Shown here: one piece after another, positions 29,282 to 39,732 of the stretch | Layout of the letters: each line of letters begins with the position of its first letter | Position numbering within the stretch: the first letter of the stretch is position 1 | DNA from: Thermodesulfobacteriota bacterium | GTDB taxonomy: Bacteria; Desulfobacterota; Binatia; Bin18 | Length of the DNA stretch: 64,000 nt | NCBI GenBank assembly: GCA_964291405.2 | Contig: OZ219926.1 | Span: 3,072,001-3,136,000, forward strand | Direction of reading: 5' to 3' | The notes under the pieces: generated by a model | Database searches by the model: none | Told to the model about the DNA's origin: nothing | Seen by the model: only the letters and a program-made list of their open reading frames with translations | Translations under genes and position numbers: made by a program

Positions 29282-32200
29282 ATGCAACGACGAAAGAAAC
29301 TCATTGAGGTGGCACTGCCGTTGGAGGCGATCAATAGGGAGGCGGCGCGGGAGAAATCTATCCGGCACGGGCATCCGTCCACGCTCCATCTGTGGTGGGC
29401 GCGGCGGCCCCTGGCCGCGTGTCGGGCCGTCCTGTTCGCGCAGTTGATCGATGATCCGTCCTCAGACCCGCAATATCGGATCGGTCAGCGGGTCGATGAA
29501 GAGCGAGCAGGCGAAAAACGCGCCGAGTTGTTCAACCTGATTGAAGATTTGGTCAAGTGGGAGAACTCGAACAACCCGGACATCATCAACAAAGCCCGCG
29601 CCGAGATTGCCCGCTGTGTGGCCTCGCGCAAAATCGAACTGGGAGACCTCAAGCAAGCGACCGTCATTTTCGGGCGTGACGAGGGCCAGGAGCATCCGAA
29701 CGGCCCCATCTCTACTGCGGGTGTGACGGCCTACGAGATGGTACTGATGCGCTGCACCCCGGAGGCGGTGAACCATTTCCTGGTGACCTATGCCCCGCCC
29801 GTGCTCGACCCTTTTGCCGGCGGAGGCTCGATTCCGCTGGAGGCGCAACGGCTGGGCTTACGGGCGCATGCCTCAGACCTCAACCCCGTGCCGGTACTCA
29901 TCAACAAGGCGCTGATTGAGATTCCGCCCAAGTTTGCCGGACAGCCACCAATCAACCCCGCGTGGCAGCACAAACACCAATCGGAAAAGACGCTCAGTTC
30001 TACCTCCTGGCCCGGCGCGCGCGGCCTCGCCAAAGACGTACGCTACTACGGGGAGTGGATGCGCAACGAGGCGGAAAAACGGATCGGCCATTTATACCCC
30101 AAGGTGAAAATTACCCAGGATATGATAGACGCGGGCCGGGACGACCTGAAGCCGTATCTGGGACAGGAACTGACCGTGATTGCCTGGCTGTGGGCGCGGA
30201 CGGTCAGGTGCCCGAATCCTGGTTGCCAAGCAAACATGCCCCTGCTCACATCCTTCACTCTATCGGAGAAAAAAGACAAGGAGAGGTATCTGATCCCGGA
30301 AATACGCGGGAACGAACTCTTGTTCAAGGTACACGGAGCGGTTCCTGAGAGTCGATATAATGTATCAAAGGGAATGAAGCGTGGTGTATCCGGTATCTTC
30401 GAGTGTATTTTCTGCGGAACAGTAACGACGCGCAACTACACCGCAACTTTTGCCTGTGAGCGTGGTCTGGGAGCCATCCCAACCGCAGTTGTTCTTGAAG
30501 GAAACCGTGAAAGGGTGTACGTCCCAGCTCACTATTGTTCGTATCCAACAGAATTCCCGGATATAGATACTGTCGGTCTTGAGCCTGAACTTGCACCGAA
30601 TCCGCGTGATGTCTGGTGTAGAAACTTCGGATTGCTCAAGCCCGCTGCTCTCTTCACCCGGCGCCAACTCACTGCGCTGACAACTTTCGGTGATCTCGTA
30701 TCTGAGGCGCGGAAGCAAGTATTGGCCGATGCCCAAATGGCAAGCATACTCCCGGATGACGATACGCCCCTTGACGAGGGTGGTATGGGACCTCGGGCGT
30801 ATGCTGATGCCGTGGCGACTTATCTAGGACTTACTCTGAGCAAACTCTCAGATGCATCAACTTCGTTAACGAGATGGAGCCCGAAAAGGGACCAAGCGAT
30901 CGCAACCTTTGGGCGTCAAGCGCTACCGATGGTTTGGGATTATGCTGAGTCGAATCTATTTAACGGTAAAGCGGGTGATTTCGGTACGTCGCTCAACACA
31001 ATCCTTCGTACCCTTAACTCTTTCTGTCTAATTCCCAACTCCGGCTGTCAAACCTCTGTTAAGCAACATGATGTAACCTCACCCGTCACCTACTCTGGTG
31101 AGATTATTACCACCGACCCCCCCTACTACGACAACGTAGGCTACGCCGACTTGAGCGATTTTTTTTACGTCTGGCTCCGTCGGACTCTCAAAGGTGTATA
31201 TCCAAGTCTTCTATCAACAATGTTGACACCCAAGGCCCAAGAACTGATTGCCAGCTCATATCGGCATGAGGGAAGCAAGGACAAAGCGGCTCGCTTTTTT
31301 GAGGATGGGCTTGGCACTGCTATAGGCAAATGGCGTGAGCATGGACATGCTGATTATCCCACGACCATCTTCTATGCATTCAAACAGGCGGAAACAGATT
31401 CATATGGTACCGTTTCGACCGGCTGGGAAACATTCCTTACCGGTGTTATGCAACACAGGTTCACAATAACCGGAACTTGGCCTATACGAACTGAGCGTTC
31501 TGCTCGAAGTATTGCTGTGGGAACCAATGCCCTGGCCTCCTCTATTGTCCTCTCGTGTATCCCACGTTCTGCCGAGGCCGGTCTTGCGACGCGGCGTGAG
31601 TTTCTGAATGCGCTGACTCGTGAATTGCCCGACGCTTTGCGCACTCTCCAAGCCGGCAATATCGCGCCAGTGGATTTGGCCCAGGCCGCCATTGGGCCGG
31701 GCATGGCGCTCTTCAGTCGCTATGCCAAGGTCATTGAAGCGGACGGCTCGCCCATGAGCGTGCGCACGGCGTTGGCCTTGATTAACCAGGTACTTGATGA
31801 GGTGCTGGCCGAGCATGAAGGCGAATTCGATGCGGACACGCGCTGGGCCGTCGCTTGGTTCGAGCAGCATGGGTTTGAGGCCGGCGACTTTGGCGTGGCT
31901 GAAACGCTCTCCAAGGCCAAGAACACGTCCGTACAGGGGCTGGTGGATGCCGGCGTGGTGAAAAGTCGTTCCGGGACGGTGCAGTTGCTGAGCCGTGAGG
32001 AACTGTCCGCCGATTGGGACCCACTCTCGGACGACCGCCTAACCGAGTGGGAAGCCACCCACTACCTGATTCGCGCCCTCGACCTCCACGGTGAACACGG
32101 TGCCTCGGACATGCTGCGAACGCTCGGAAGCGACTATGGCGAAAAAGCGCGTGCCCTGGCCTACCGTCTGTATAATATCTGCGAGCGCAAGAAATGGGCC

Positions 32201-32311
32201 TCGGAAGCCACCGCGTATAACAGTTTGGTCATTGCCTGGCCGGAGATGAACCGCCTGGCGCTGGCGGATGATGAAGGCGAGGGTCAGGTGCAAGCGAGGC
32301 TGCTGGAGTAG
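29282..32311 (+). CDS. DUF1156 amino-DNA methyltransferase with Zn ribbon
   Basis: KKLIEVALPL and LHLWWARRPLAACRA (DUF1156), DPFAGGGS (SAM motif I), TDPPYY (motif IV), CPNPGC/CIFC. Confidence 0.93.
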   Translation: MQRRKKLIEVALPLEAINREAAREKSIRHGHPSTLHLWWARRPLAACRAVLFAQLIDDPSSDPQYRIGQRVDEERAGEKRAELFNLIEDLVKWENSNNPDIINKARAEIARCVASRKIELGDLKQATVIFGRDEGQEHPNGPISTAGVTAYEMVLMRCTPEAVNHFLVTYAPPVLDPFAGGGSIPLEAQRLGLRAHASDLNPVPVLINKALIEIPPKFAGQPPINPAWQHKHQSEKTLSSTSWPGARGLAKDVRYYGEWMRNEAEKRIGHLYPKVKITQDMIDAGRDDLKPYLGQELTVIAWLWARTVRCPNPGCQANMPLLTSFTLSEKKDKERYLIPEIRGNELLFKVHGAVPESRYNVSKGMKRGVSGIFECIFCGTVTTRNYTATFACERGLGAIPTAVVLEGNRERVYVPAHYCSYPTEFPDIDTVGLEPELAPNPRDVWCRNFGLLKPAALFTRRQLTALTTFGDLVSEARKQVLADAQMASILPDDDTPLDEGGMGPRAYADAVATYLGLTLSKLSDASTSLTRWSPKRDQAIATFGRQALPMVWDYAESNLFNGKAGDFGTSLNTILRTLNSFCLIPNSGCQTSVKQHDVTSPVTYSGEIITTDPPYYDNVGYADLSDFFYVWLRRTLKGVYPSLLSTMLTPKAQELIASSYRHEGSKDKAARFFEDGLGTAIGKWREHGHADYPTTIFYAFKQAETDSYGTVSTGWETFLTGVMQHRFTITGTWPIRTERSARSIAVGTNALASSIVLSCIPRSAEAGLATRREFLNALTRELPDALRTLQAGNIAPVDLAQAAIGPGMALFSRYAKVIEADGSPMSVRTALALINQVLDEVLAEHEGEFDADTRWAVAWFEQHGFEAGDFGVAETLSKAKNTSVQGLVDAGVVKSRSGTVQLLSREELSADWDPLSDDRLTEWEATHYLIRALDLHGEHGASDMLRTLGSDYGEKARALAYRLYNICERKKWASEATAYNSLVIAWPEMNRLALADDEGEGQVQARLLE

Positions 32312-32327
32312 TAGGGATTGGGGTAGG

Positions 32328-32372
32328 GGGAACCCACCCCGGCCCTTCGGGCCACCCCTCCGGGGAGGGGAT
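32328..32372. repeat. REP-like GC-rich intergenic element (copy B)
   Basis: GGGAACCCACCCCGGCCCTTCGGGCCACCCCTCCGGGGAGGGGAT, matching 3464-3511. Confidence 0.7.
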
Positions 32373-32414
32373 ATTCAAAGGCAATGAGCGTAATGAAAGG
32401 ATAGACAGGCCACT

Positions 32415-35400
32415 ATGGCAAAAACAAACCACGGCAGAGTGGGTGATGCACTCGACCTGCTCAACACGGGGCTCCGACCTTTTATTGAACGTGAACTGGA
32501 AGCCGTTCATGGCGCCACCTGGCAGGAAACCGTCCGTCAGATCCTCCGCGATGATCGCGGGGCAGTGAAAAAGTCCAAGAAGGCCGCGGTCAACTGGGAT
32601 ACGCAAAACCTGTTGACGGTGATGTGGGACCAGTGGCACGCGGTGTTCCGCAATACCCTGGGCCATAGCGAACGGTCGATAGTGAGCGAGCTGCGAGAGG
32701 TTCGCAACCGCTGGGCTCACCAAACGCCCTTTAGCAGCGATGATACCTATCGCGCTCTCGACTCCATTGGCCGTTTGTTGAGCGCCGTTTCCGCCCCGGA
32801 GGCTAAAGAGGTCGAAGACCAGAAGATGGCGCTTTTGCGCGTGCGTTTCGACGAACAGCGCCGGGGCGAGATGCGGAAGCATGCCGTGGCCCCGACAGAG
32901 GGCAGTCCGCAGGGCGGGCTGAAGCCGTGGCGGGAGGTTGTGACCCCGCACGAGGATGTTGCCAGCGGCGAATATCAGCAGGCCGAGTTTGCCGCCGACC
33001 TGTGGCAGGTCTATCTGGGCGAGGCCGCGTCGGAGTATCAGCATCCCACAGAGTTTTTTCGTCGTACCTTTATTACCGAAGGTCTGCAAAAGCTGCTCAG
33101 CAACAGCGTCCGGCGGCTGGGTGGCAAGGGCAGCGACCCGGTGGTTGAACTCCAGACCAACTTTGGCGGCGGCAAGACGCATAGCATGTTGGCGCTCTAC
33201 CATTTGTTCTCGGGTACACCCGCCTCGGAGCTGCCGGGGGCCGACCAGGTGTTAAAAGAGGCCGAGTGCGAAGTGGCTGCCAAGGTTCGGCGGGCCGTTG
33301 TGGTCGGGACAAAAATTTCACCGGGGAATCCGAGCAAGAAGAAGGACGGAACGGTCGTCCGCACTATCTGGGGCGAGATCGCCTGGCAGCTTGGCGGGAA
33401 ACGGGGCTACGACATGGTTCGGGCCGACGATGAGAGCGCCACCAATCCGGGCGATAAGCTCAAGGAGGTGTTCAACGCCTTCTCACCCTGTCTCATTCTG
33501 ATTGATGAATGGGTGGCCTATGCTCGGCAGCTCCACGAGGGCAGCGCACTACCGGCCGGAACTTTTGACACGCAGTTCACCTTTGCACAGGCGCTCAGCG
33601 AAGCGGCTAAGTCCGCCAAGAACACGCTGTTGGTGGTCAGTATTCCTGCCTCAGATAACGAGATCGGCGGCGAATGGGGGCAACGCGCGCTCACTCGTCT
33701 CAAAAACGCCATTGGGCGCGTGGAGTCGAGCTGGCGTCCGGCCAGTTCCGACGAGGGGTTTGAGATCGTGCGCCGCCGTCTGTTTGAACCTATCCTCGAC
33801 CAACAGGCATTCGTGGCACGTGACGCGGTTGCCCGTGCGTTCGTGGATATGTATGGCACCCAGCACAACGAATTTCCCTCGGAATGTCGCGAAGCCGAAT
33901 ACGAAAGGCGGGTGAAGCTCGCCTATCCGATTCACCCCGAACTTTTCGACCGGCTCTACCGCGACTGGTCCACGCTCGACAAATTTCAGCGCACGCGCGG
34001 CGTTCTGCGCTTGATGGCAGCGGTGATTCATTCCCTGTGGGAACGACAGGACGGCAACTTGTTGATTATGCCGGCGACCATTCCCATTGACGATCAGGAT
34101 GTCCAGTTTGAACTCACGCGCTACCTCGACGACCAATGGACGCCGGTCATCGCCAAGGATGTGGACGGCGAGTACTCCCTGCCGCTTCAGCTCGACCGGG
34201 AAGTGCCGAACCTTGGCCGGTATTCGGCCTGTCGTCGTGTCGCCCGGACCATCTATGTCGGCTCCGCCCCCACACAGCGAGCGGCCAACCGTGGCATTGA
34301 TGAACGGCAGGTGAAACTCGGCTGCGTGCAACCGGGCGAGACCGTAGCGACCTTTGGCGATTCCCTCCGCCGTCTCACCGACCGAGCGACCTATCTCTAT
34401 ATTGACGGGAACCGTTACTGGTATTCGACCCAACCCACGGTGACCCGCCTTGCCGAAGACCGAGCGCATCAGTTTCAGGCGCATGACGTTCTCGACGAGA
34501 TCACCCGCCGTCTCAGGGAAGAGGCCCGCAGTCGCGGTGATTTTCAGCGCGTCCACGCCTGTCTGGGAAGCAGTGACATCCCGGACGAGCATGAGGCTCG
34601 CTTGGTCATTCTTGGTCCGGAACACGCACACTCAAAGGGCGATGACGCCAGCAGCGCGCGGCAAGAGGCCCAGAACATTATAGATCAGCGGGGCAACAGC
34701 CCCCGAAACTACAAAAACGCGCTCGTCTTCCTGGCTGGAGACGAGACCGGCCTGAGGGAGTTGCAGGCCGCCATCAGACACTATCTGGCCTGGAAGTCTA
34801 TTTTGGAGGAGCGAGAACAGTTGAACCTGGACCCGTTCCAGGCCAAGCAGGCGGACACCAGACGCAGGAGCGCAGAAGAAACGGTTCAGGCCCGTCTCCC
34901 CGGAGCGTATCAGTGGCTTCTGGTGCCGAGTCAGACCGATCTCAAAGGAAAACCGGAGTGGGTGGAGATGCGTCTGCAAGGAACAGATTCCCTGGCCCTG
35001 CGGGTTGCCAAGAAACTCAAGAAGGAGGAGATGCTCATTAGCGAGATGGGCGGGGTTCGTTTACGCCTTGAGCTGGACCGTGTTCCGCTCTGGCGCGGTA
35101 ATGATGTGAGCATCAAGCAACTGATCGAGGATTTTGCCTCATATCTGTATCTCCCACGTCTTCGTAGTCCGGACGTACTCATCGCGGCGGTCCGGGAAGG
35201 CATCGCGTTGCTGACCTGGCAGTCGGACACCTTTGCCTACGCACAGTCAAAGGACGACGCGGGCAAATATCTGGGCCTTGTCGGGGGGATGAGTGCCGGT
35301 ATTCAAGTTGAAGGCGGGGCCTTGGTGGTGAAATCCGGCGTGGCTGTAGAGCAGCGGAAAGAGGCCGAGGCGGCACAGCAGCAGTCCGGGAAGACGGATA

Positions 35401-35741
35401 CCGGGGACTCTTCTCCTGATCGACCGGGTGGGCAAGGGCAACAGGCGGATAAGGATCAAACCGATGGGCAGGACCCGGACAGGCCGACCCCATCTGCTAC
35501 TCCCATATATCGTCGATTTCATGGCTCGGCCCAGTTAGACCCTCTGCGGGTTGGCCGGGATGCGAGCCGAATTGCCGATGAAGTCATTCAGCATCTGACG
35601 AAACACGTGACGGCCAAGGTGGAGGTCACGCTCGAAATTCGAGCGGAACTCTCGGACGGCGCGTCAGACAAAACCGTCCGCGATGTCACCGAGAATTGCC
35701 GGACACTTCGGTTTGACCCCTTTGGATTTGAGGAGGAGTGA
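32415..35741 (+). CDS. Swt1-like HEPN + DUF499 AAA+ ATPase
   Basis: N-terminal RNRWAH (RxxxxH), PW.EVV.PH.DV, QTNFGGGKTH (Walker A), LILIDE (Walker B), YPIHP and FQRTRGVLR motifs. Confidence 0.92.
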   Translation: MAKTNHGRVGDALDLLNTGLRPFIERELEAVHGATWQETVRQILRDDRGAVKKSKKAAVNWDTQNLLTVMWDQWHAVFRNTLGHSERSIVSELREVRNRWAHQTPFSSDDTYRALDSIGRLLSAVSAPEAKEVEDQKMALLRVRFDEQRRGEMRKHAVAPTEGSPQGGLKPWREVVTPHEDVASGEYQQAEFAADLWQVYLGEAASEYQHPTEFFRRTFITEGLQKLLSNSVRRLGGKGSDPVVELQTNFGGGKTHSMLALYHLFSGTPASELPGADQVLKEAECEVAAKVRRAVVVGTKISPGNPSKKKDGTVVRTIWGEIAWQLGGKRGYDMVRADDESATNPGDKLKEVFNAFSPCLILIDEWVAYARQLHEGSALPAGTFDTQFTFAQALSEAAKSAKNTLLVVSIPASDNEIGGEWGQRALTRLKNAIGRVESSWRPASSDEGFEIVRRRLFEPILDQQAFVARDAVARAFVDMYGTQHNEFPSECREAEYERRVKLAYPIHPELFDRLYRDWSTLDKFQRTRGVLRLMAAVIHSLWERQDGNLLIMPATIPIDDQDVQFELTRYLDDQWTPVIAKDVDGEYSLPLQLDREVPNLGRYSACRRVARTIYVGSAPTQRAANRGIDERQVKLGCVQPGETVATFGDSLRRLTDRATYLYIDGNRYWYSTQPTVTRLAEDRAHQFQAHDVLDEITRRLREEARSRGDFQRVHACLGSSDIPDEHEARLVILGPEHAHSKGDDASSARQEAQNIIDQRGNSPRNYKNALVFLAGDETGLRELQAAIRHYLAWKSILEEREQLNLDPFQAKQADTRRRSAEETVQARLPGAYQWLLVPSQTDLKGKPEWVEMRLQGTDSLALRVAKKLKKEEMLISEMGGVRLRLELDRVPLWRGNDVSIKQLIEDFASYLYLPRLRSPDVLIAAVREGIALLTWQSDTFAYAQSKDDAGKYLGLVGGMSAGIQVEGGALVVKSGVAVEQRKEAEAAQQQSGKTDTGDSSPDRPGGQGQQADKDQTDGQDPDRPTPSATPIYRRFHGSAQLDPLRVGRDASRIADEVIQHLTKHVTAKVEVTLEIRAELSDGASDKTVRDVTENCRTLRFDPFGFEEE

Positions 35742-35798
35742 CGGGGAGAAGGTGTCTGTATAGGTATTGAGACTCCCCGCTCAAAAGAAAGGACCAGC

Positions 35799-36665
35799 AT
35801 GGACTATGGAATTATTTTACCCCACTTCAGCGCCTTCGCGCATGAAAACCCGGCTGAGCGGATTTTGACCGCGGCCACAACCGCGGAAGCGCTGGGCTAT
35901 CGGACGTTGTGGGTGGCCGACCACGTTGTCTTCCCATCCAAGATTGAGGGGAGTTATGCCTTCAATCCGGAAGACCCTTTTCTTGACCCGCTTACCGTCC
36001 TGGCGGCCCTGGCGTATAAGACGACAACAGTCAAACTCGGCACCGCAGTCCTGATTCTTCCCTACCGGCATCCCTTAGCCGCGGCAAAGGCCCTTGCCAC
36101 CATTGATGTCTTGTCCGGTGGGCGGACGGTTGTCGGTGTGGGTGCCGGCTGGCTGGAACAGGAATTTACCGCCCTGGGCACATCGATCACAGAGCGGGGG
36201 GCCCGCACGAACGAGACCATGGATATCTTCAAGGCGGTCTGGACGCAGGAAACGCCGGCGTTTAGCGGCAAGCATTTTCAGTTCGCCGATATCAAATTCA
36301 TTCCCAAGCCGGTTCAGCAACCGCATCCGCCCATTCTTGTCGGGGGGATGACCAAGGGTGCCCTGCGTCGCATCGCGCGGCGCGGCGATGGCTGGATTGC
36401 CATGGGCAAGGGGCCGGATGACATCCAAGAGCCTTTGGCAACCCTGCGGGAATTGACCTCTCAGGTGGGCCGCAACCCGGACGATTTACAGATTTGTATG
36501 CTGCCGCTCGGGGCACCGAGCGTAGATCAGCTGATCCGGGACATTCCACGCTACGCAGACCTGGGGGTGCATCACGTCTATCTGTCGTTCCGTGCCTGGA
36601 CGAATGAATTTGCCGAACTCATGCGCCTCATGGAACACTTCGCGAAGGAAATGAAGCTGGCCTAG
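35799..36665 (+). CDS. LLM class oxidoreductase, probably F420-dependent
   Basis: LWVADHV, LGTAVLILPYRHP, GVGAGWLEQEF and PKPVQQPHPPILVGG motifs. Confidence 0.87.
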   Translation: MDYGIILPHFSAFAHENPAERILTAATTAEALGYRTLWVADHVVFPSKIEGSYAFNPEDPFLDPLTVLAALAYKTTTVKLGTAVLILPYRHPLAAAKALATIDVLSGGRTVVGVGAGWLEQEFTALGTSITERGARTNETMDIFKAVWTQETPAFSGKHFQFADIKFIPKPVQQPHPPILVGGMTKGALRRIARRGDGWIAMGKGPDDIQEPLATLRELTSQVGRNPDDLQICMLPLGAPSVDQLIRDIPRYADLGVHHVYLSFRAWTNEFAELMRLMEHFAKEMKLA

Positions 36666-36683
36666 CCCGGAGAAGGAGACTCT

Positions 36684-37370
36684 ATGAGTGACAAGAAGTG
36701 GCCGATTGAACACCCTGACCGCATTCAACTCTATTCACTGGCAACCCCGAATGGCCAGAAGGCGGGTATCGCGCTGGAAGAATTGGGGCTGCCGTATGAG
36801 GCCCACAAGGTGAATATCCTGGAGAACGAGCAGTTCACCGAGGAGTTCATTGCAGTGTGTCCCAACTCGAAAATCCCCGCCATGGTTGACCCTGACGGTC
36901 CGGGCGGGAAACCGATCTCCATCTTTGAGTCCGGGGCCATGCTGTTATATCTGGCGGAGAAGACGGGGAAGCTGCTACCGGCTGACCCCCACCGACGCAG
37001 CGAATGTATCCAGTGGCTGTTTTTTCAGATGGCTGGGGTTGGCCCTATGTTCGGGCAGTTCGGCCACTTCTATAAATTTGCCAAAGAGCGTATTCCGTAT
37101 CCGACCGAGCGCTATACCAATGAAGCCCGGCGGCTCCTGGGCGTGCTGGAAAAACGTTTGGACGGGCGGGAGTATGTGATGGACGATGAATACACGATCG
37201 CCGACATCGCGACCTTCCCCTGGGTCGGCTGTCTCGACTGGGGCTATGGGGCGCGCGAGGATTTGAAGCTGGACGCGGATTTTCCCAATGTGGTTGCCTG
37301 GTATGCGCGCTGCACCGAGAAGCCGGCTTCGGTGCGCGGCGCCAAGGTGTGCGGCTTTTCGGACGATTAG
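36684..37370 (+). CDS. Glutathione S-transferase (YfcG/YghU-like)
   Basis: TPNGQK, NSKIPA, FESGA, QWLFFQMAGVGPMFGQ and TIADIA motifs. Confidence 0.92.
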   Translation: MSDKKWPIEHPDRIQLYSLATPNGQKAGIALEELGLPYEAHKVNILENEQFTEEFIAVCPNSKIPAMVDPDGPGGKPISIFESGAMLLYLAEKTGKLLPADPHRRSECIQWLFFQMAGVGPMFGQFGHFYKFAKERIPYPTERYTNEARRLLGVLEKRLDGREYVMDDEYTIADIATFPWVGCLDWGYGAREDLKLDADFPNVVAWYARCTEKPASVRGAKVCGFSDD

Positions 37371-37374
37371 ACTG

Positions 37375-37563
37375 ATGGAAACAGACAGCGGACCCGACCT
37401 TGTGGTCGATATTTTTATTGACGGGCGGCTGGTAAACCCGAGTGAGATACCGGCCGCGGTTGTGAGGGAGATCGAAACGTCGGCCTCAGCTTCGGCGTCC
37501 GGTAGGCTGACGGCCGAGGGCGTCGTGTACGAGTGGTCTACGCGGCCCTGCGTATACCCGTAG
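37375..37563 (+). CDS. Small hypothetical protein
   Basis: 62 aa (METDSGPDLVVDIFIDG...) filling the gap between co-oriented genes; no clear RBS. Confidence 0.4.
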   Translation: METDSGPDLVVDIFIDGRLVNPSEIPAAVVREIETSASASASGRLTAEGVVYEWSTRPCVYP

Positions 37564-37586
37564 CTGCCCGGCGGTGGGGAAGAGTT

Positions 37587-38018
37587 ATGCGAAAAAATCT
37601 ACGGCTCGAAGACCTTGGTGACTTCCTGGATCAACCCAAATGCGCAACCTTGGCGACCCATTTCAAAGACGGGACGATCCTGATGTCCCCCGTCTGGCAC
37701 GAGTGGAAAGACGGCGGCTTTACGGTTGCGGTGGCGAGCGAGGATATTAAGGCCCGTCACGTTCGGCGTGATGCCAGAGTGAGTATCAGCGTAGCCGAAG
37801 ATAGCCCTCCCTACCGGGGGGTTGAGGTGCGCGGGGAGGCCAGCATCGAACGGGCGGGCGCGTTTGAGACAACCCAGCGGATCGCTACGCGCTATCTGGG
37901 AGCCAAGCAGGGACCGGCCTATGTTGAGCCCTTCCGCGAGGCCGACCTGGTGCTGATTCGGGTTAAACCGGGCGTGCTGCGGGTCTGGGATTTTAATAAC
38001 GAGACGGAGCTAAGCTGA
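37587..38018 (+). CDS. Pyridoxamine 5'-phosphate oxidase-like (PPOX class) split-barrel protein
   Basis: ATLAT..KDG...SPVW, KARHVRRDARVSI and GVEVRG motifs. Confidence 0.82.
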   Translation: MRKNLRLEDLGDFLDQPKCATLATHFKDGTILMSPVWHEWKDGGFTVAVASEDIKARHVRRDARVSISVAEDSPPYRGVEVRGEASIERAGAFETTQRIATRYLGAKQGPAYVEPFREADLVLIRVKPGVLRVWDFNNETELS

Positions 38019-38068
38019 GACCCATAGGTCGGCCGGGCGCAGCCTCGGCCAACACCGCAGTGCTTGCC

Positions 38069-39505
38069 TTACTTTGCCGCTGACGCGCTGGCCGCCGGGT
38101 GACTGCCTGGAACGCTCCGGTCCGTGCCATTCCTGGCGTCCAATAAGGACTGTCGATGCAGGGCCGCCGGATGCGGCGTGCTGAGCCGTGGCCCTTTGCC
38201 GTACAGCTTATCGCGCAACGTGCCTTCCCGATATTCCTTTTGCATGCGACCGCGCTTTTGCAGCACGGGCACCACCCCGTCAACAAACTCCTCGAATGAA
38301 CCCGGCGTGGTGGCATAGGCCAGGTTAAATCCATCCACACCCGCGTCTATCCAGTCCTCGAACTGGTCGGCAATGCTCTCGGGCGTGCCGACCAGAACCG
38401 GACCGGCTCCGCCAATGCCGACATAGCGGGCGAGGTCCCGCAACGTCCATTTACGATTTGGATCACCCTCGGTAAAGCTGTGAACGAGGGTGCGAATGGC
38501 ATTCGTCTCGATATACTCCAGCGGCTGGTCCGGCTCAAATTGCCCGAAGTCGATGCCGCTCCAGCCGCTTAACAAGGCCAGCCCGCCATCGTAGCTGCAC
38601 TGCTCAAAGTACTCTTCATAGCGCCGTTTCGCGGCGGCTTCGGTCTCACCGGTAATCACCTTCATATATGCAAAACACAGGATGTCCTCCGGGTTCCTGC
38701 CGTTCTTGCGAGCGATCTTGCGGATATCCTTAATATACTGGCCATCGACCTCAGGCTTTGAGCCAATGACAAAAACAGCTTCCGCATGCTGTGCCGCAAA
38801 GGCACGACCCCGATCTGAGGCACCGGCCTGAAACAAGACGGGCGTCCGTTGCGGGGAGGGTTCAGCCAGGTGGCAGCCTTCAACCTTATAGTATGTGCCT
38901 TCATGTCTGACATCGTGGACTTTGGTTGGGTCGGCATAAATCCCGCGCTTCACATCTTTAAGCACGGCATCATCTTCCCAGCTCTTCTCCCACAGTTTGT
39001 AACACACGTCGCAGTACTCATCCGCGATGTCGTAGCGATTATCATGCTCCGCTAAACCGGCCTGGCCGTAGTTACGGCCGGCGCTTTCAAGATATGACGT
39101 CACGATATTCCAGGCGATCCGGCCTTTGGTGAGATGGTCCAAGGTGGAGATGAGGCGAGCAAACGTGAACGGGTGGTTTTGGATGATGGAACTCGTAAAA
39201 CCAAATCCGATATGCTCGGTGGCATAGGCCATAGCCGGGATGAGCAGCATGGGATCGTTGACCGGTATCTGGGCGGCTTCGGTCAGCGCGGCCTCCCGAT
39301 TGCCTCGAAACACATCGTACACGCCGAGCACGTCGGCCAGGAAGATTGCGTCAAACTTTCCCCGCTCGACGATCTTCGCGAATTCGACCCACTGATCGAG
39401 GTCGGTGTACTCGGTCATATGGTCATCGTCGCGGACCCACAGGCCGGGTGACTGATGGACCACACAGTTCATGTGAAAGGCGTTGAAATAGATGCGTCTC
39501 TTCAT
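38069..39505 (-). CDS. FMN-dependent monooxygenase, NtaA/SnaA/DszA family
   Basis: FDAIFLAD, STLDHLTKGRIAWNIVTS, PSPQRTPVLFQAGAS and VDGFN motifs. Confidence 0.92.
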   Translation of the reverse strand: MKRRIYFNAFHMNCVVHQSPGLWVRDDDHMTEYTDLDQWVEFAKIVERGKFDAIFLADVLGVYDVFRGNREAALTEAAQIPVNDPMLLIPAMAYATEHIGFGFTSSIIQNHPFTFARLISTLDHLTKGRIAWNIVTSYLESAGRNYGQAGLAEHDNRYDIADEYCDVCYKLWEKSWEDDAVLKDVKRGIYADPTKVHDVRHEGTYYKVEGCHLAEPSPQRTPVLFQAGASDRGRAFAAQHAEAVFVIGSKPEVDGQYIKDIRKIARKNGRNPEDILCFAYMKVITGETEAAAKRRYEEYFEQCSYDGGLALLSGWSGIDFGQFEPDQPLEYIETNAIRTLVHSFTEGDPNRKWTLRDLARYVGIGGAGPVLVGTPESIADQFEDWIDAGVDGFNLAYATTPGSFEEFVDGVVPVLQKRGRMQKEYREGTLRDKLYGKGPRLSTPHPAALHRQSLLDARNGTDRSVPGSHPAASASAAK

Positions 39506-39732
39506 GGATGCTCTCCTCTCCCCTCTTTCCTCATATGCAAGCCGGCCCTGATATTCAAGCCGGAAAGCGGGGTGACGGATTTTCTGCCAGGCTCCCGGAT
39601 GGCGGGATACAAAAGCAGAAGCGGGGGGGAAGTGTCAAGTAGAGGAATACGCCTTGCCATATGAGGCGGGCGGGCGATATGATTCATGACCAAATCTGGG
39701 CGGCATCCGTTCACAGCTTGGAAGGAAAATAT

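Noticed and set aside
23845-35798. Defence locus as an autonomous mobile element, or as classical BREX/DISARM/type III R-M
   Set aside because: No integrase, transposase or att repeats were found, and no pglZ, drmAB or canonical res/mod pair.
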